Positions 63,250 through 64,000 of a stretch of DNA of 64,000 nt are shown here, piece by piece. The position numbers and the translations under genes were made by a program. A model generated the notes under the pieces. The model was given only the letters and a program-made list of their open reading frames with translations. It was not told the origin of the DNA and did no database searches. Position 1 is the first letter of the stretch, and the number at the start of each line of letters is the position of its first letter. The DNA comes from Eledone cirrhosa (Eukaryota): the NCBI GenBank assembly GCA_964016885.1, contig OZ024740.1, positions 141,422,001-141,486,000 on the forward strand, written 5' to 3'.

Positions 63250-64000
63250 ACCTATCAGATTACTGAGTGGGGTTAGCGTTAGAGTTATCCCTAACTCCAG
63301 CTGCTGTGATCAGCTTATCGAGTTCCTTGAAAACATTACCTGGATCACTGACAGCGGCTCATGGGTGGATGTTGTTTACCTTGACTTCGCTAAGGCTTTT
63401 AACTCTGTGCCACACAAAAGACTTATGGCGAAACTCTCTGCAATGGGTGTGAAGGATGATCTTTTTAACTGGTTGAAATCCTTCATTCTCAGCCGAAAAG
63501 AGGTAGTCACGGTTCTAGGACAGCATTCTTCACCATATGAGATGTTATCTGGTGTACCACAGGGATCTGTTCTTGGTCCCCTTTTGTTTGTTGCATACAT
63601 TAATGACATAGATGCCAACTTAAAGAATGCCACAGTACTGAAATATGCAGATCACATCAAGTTGTACCTTGAAATCAAAAGGACATATCCTGAAACTCTT
63701 TCATACAATCTGACCTGGACACAATGCAGCAATGGATCACAGACTGGCAACTGAAGCTGGCTGTGGACAAAGTGTACCACCATGCATTTTGGGAGGAAAC
63801 ATCCAGCGTCTACATACTCCCTCCACAACACTGATATCAAGAAGTCCTCTTGTGAACGTGACCTGGGCATTACTGTCAGCAGTGATTTGCATTGGACAAA
63901 GCACATCTCTAAAATTGTTAAGAAGGCCGAATGTGTCTTGGCATCATTCAGCAAGACCTTTGTTAGCAGCTCACCAGCCATCTATTTAAAGCTGTATACA
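63250..64000 (+). mobile_element. CR1-type LINE RT region running off the window edge
   Basis: DVVYLDFAKAFNSVPH, SGVPQGSVLGPLLF and YADH; the 3' part matches 53528-53910. Confidence 0.9.

Overview
AT-rich, microsatellite-dense eukaryotic DNA. The repeat content (RTE LINEs with (GAT)n tails, tRNA-derived SINEs, Penelope-like fragments) suggests a coleoid cephalopod, probably Octopus; this is an inference. The only host gene I can support is a FAM149 (FAM149B1-like, DUF3719) gene on the minus strand. Three small exons (7549-7641, 4848-4980, 3531-3673) splice in frame, and the gene continues past the left edge. The rest of the window is intron or upstream sequence filled with mostly dead transposons: at least three subfamilies of an RTE LINE with a PHD finger inserted inside the reverse transcriptase, other RTE-type and CR1-type fragments, two tandem Tx1-like fragments, several Penelope-like GIY-YIG remnants, piggyBac-like and pogo-like MITEs, and many SINEs. 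The most notable signals are several Penelope-type type I hammerhead ribozyme motifs and long fold-back palindromes in short islands between (AT)n tracts, the PHD-in-RT architecture, and exchange of 3' modules between LINEs and SINEs. All family assignments come from motif recognition by eye, not database searches.
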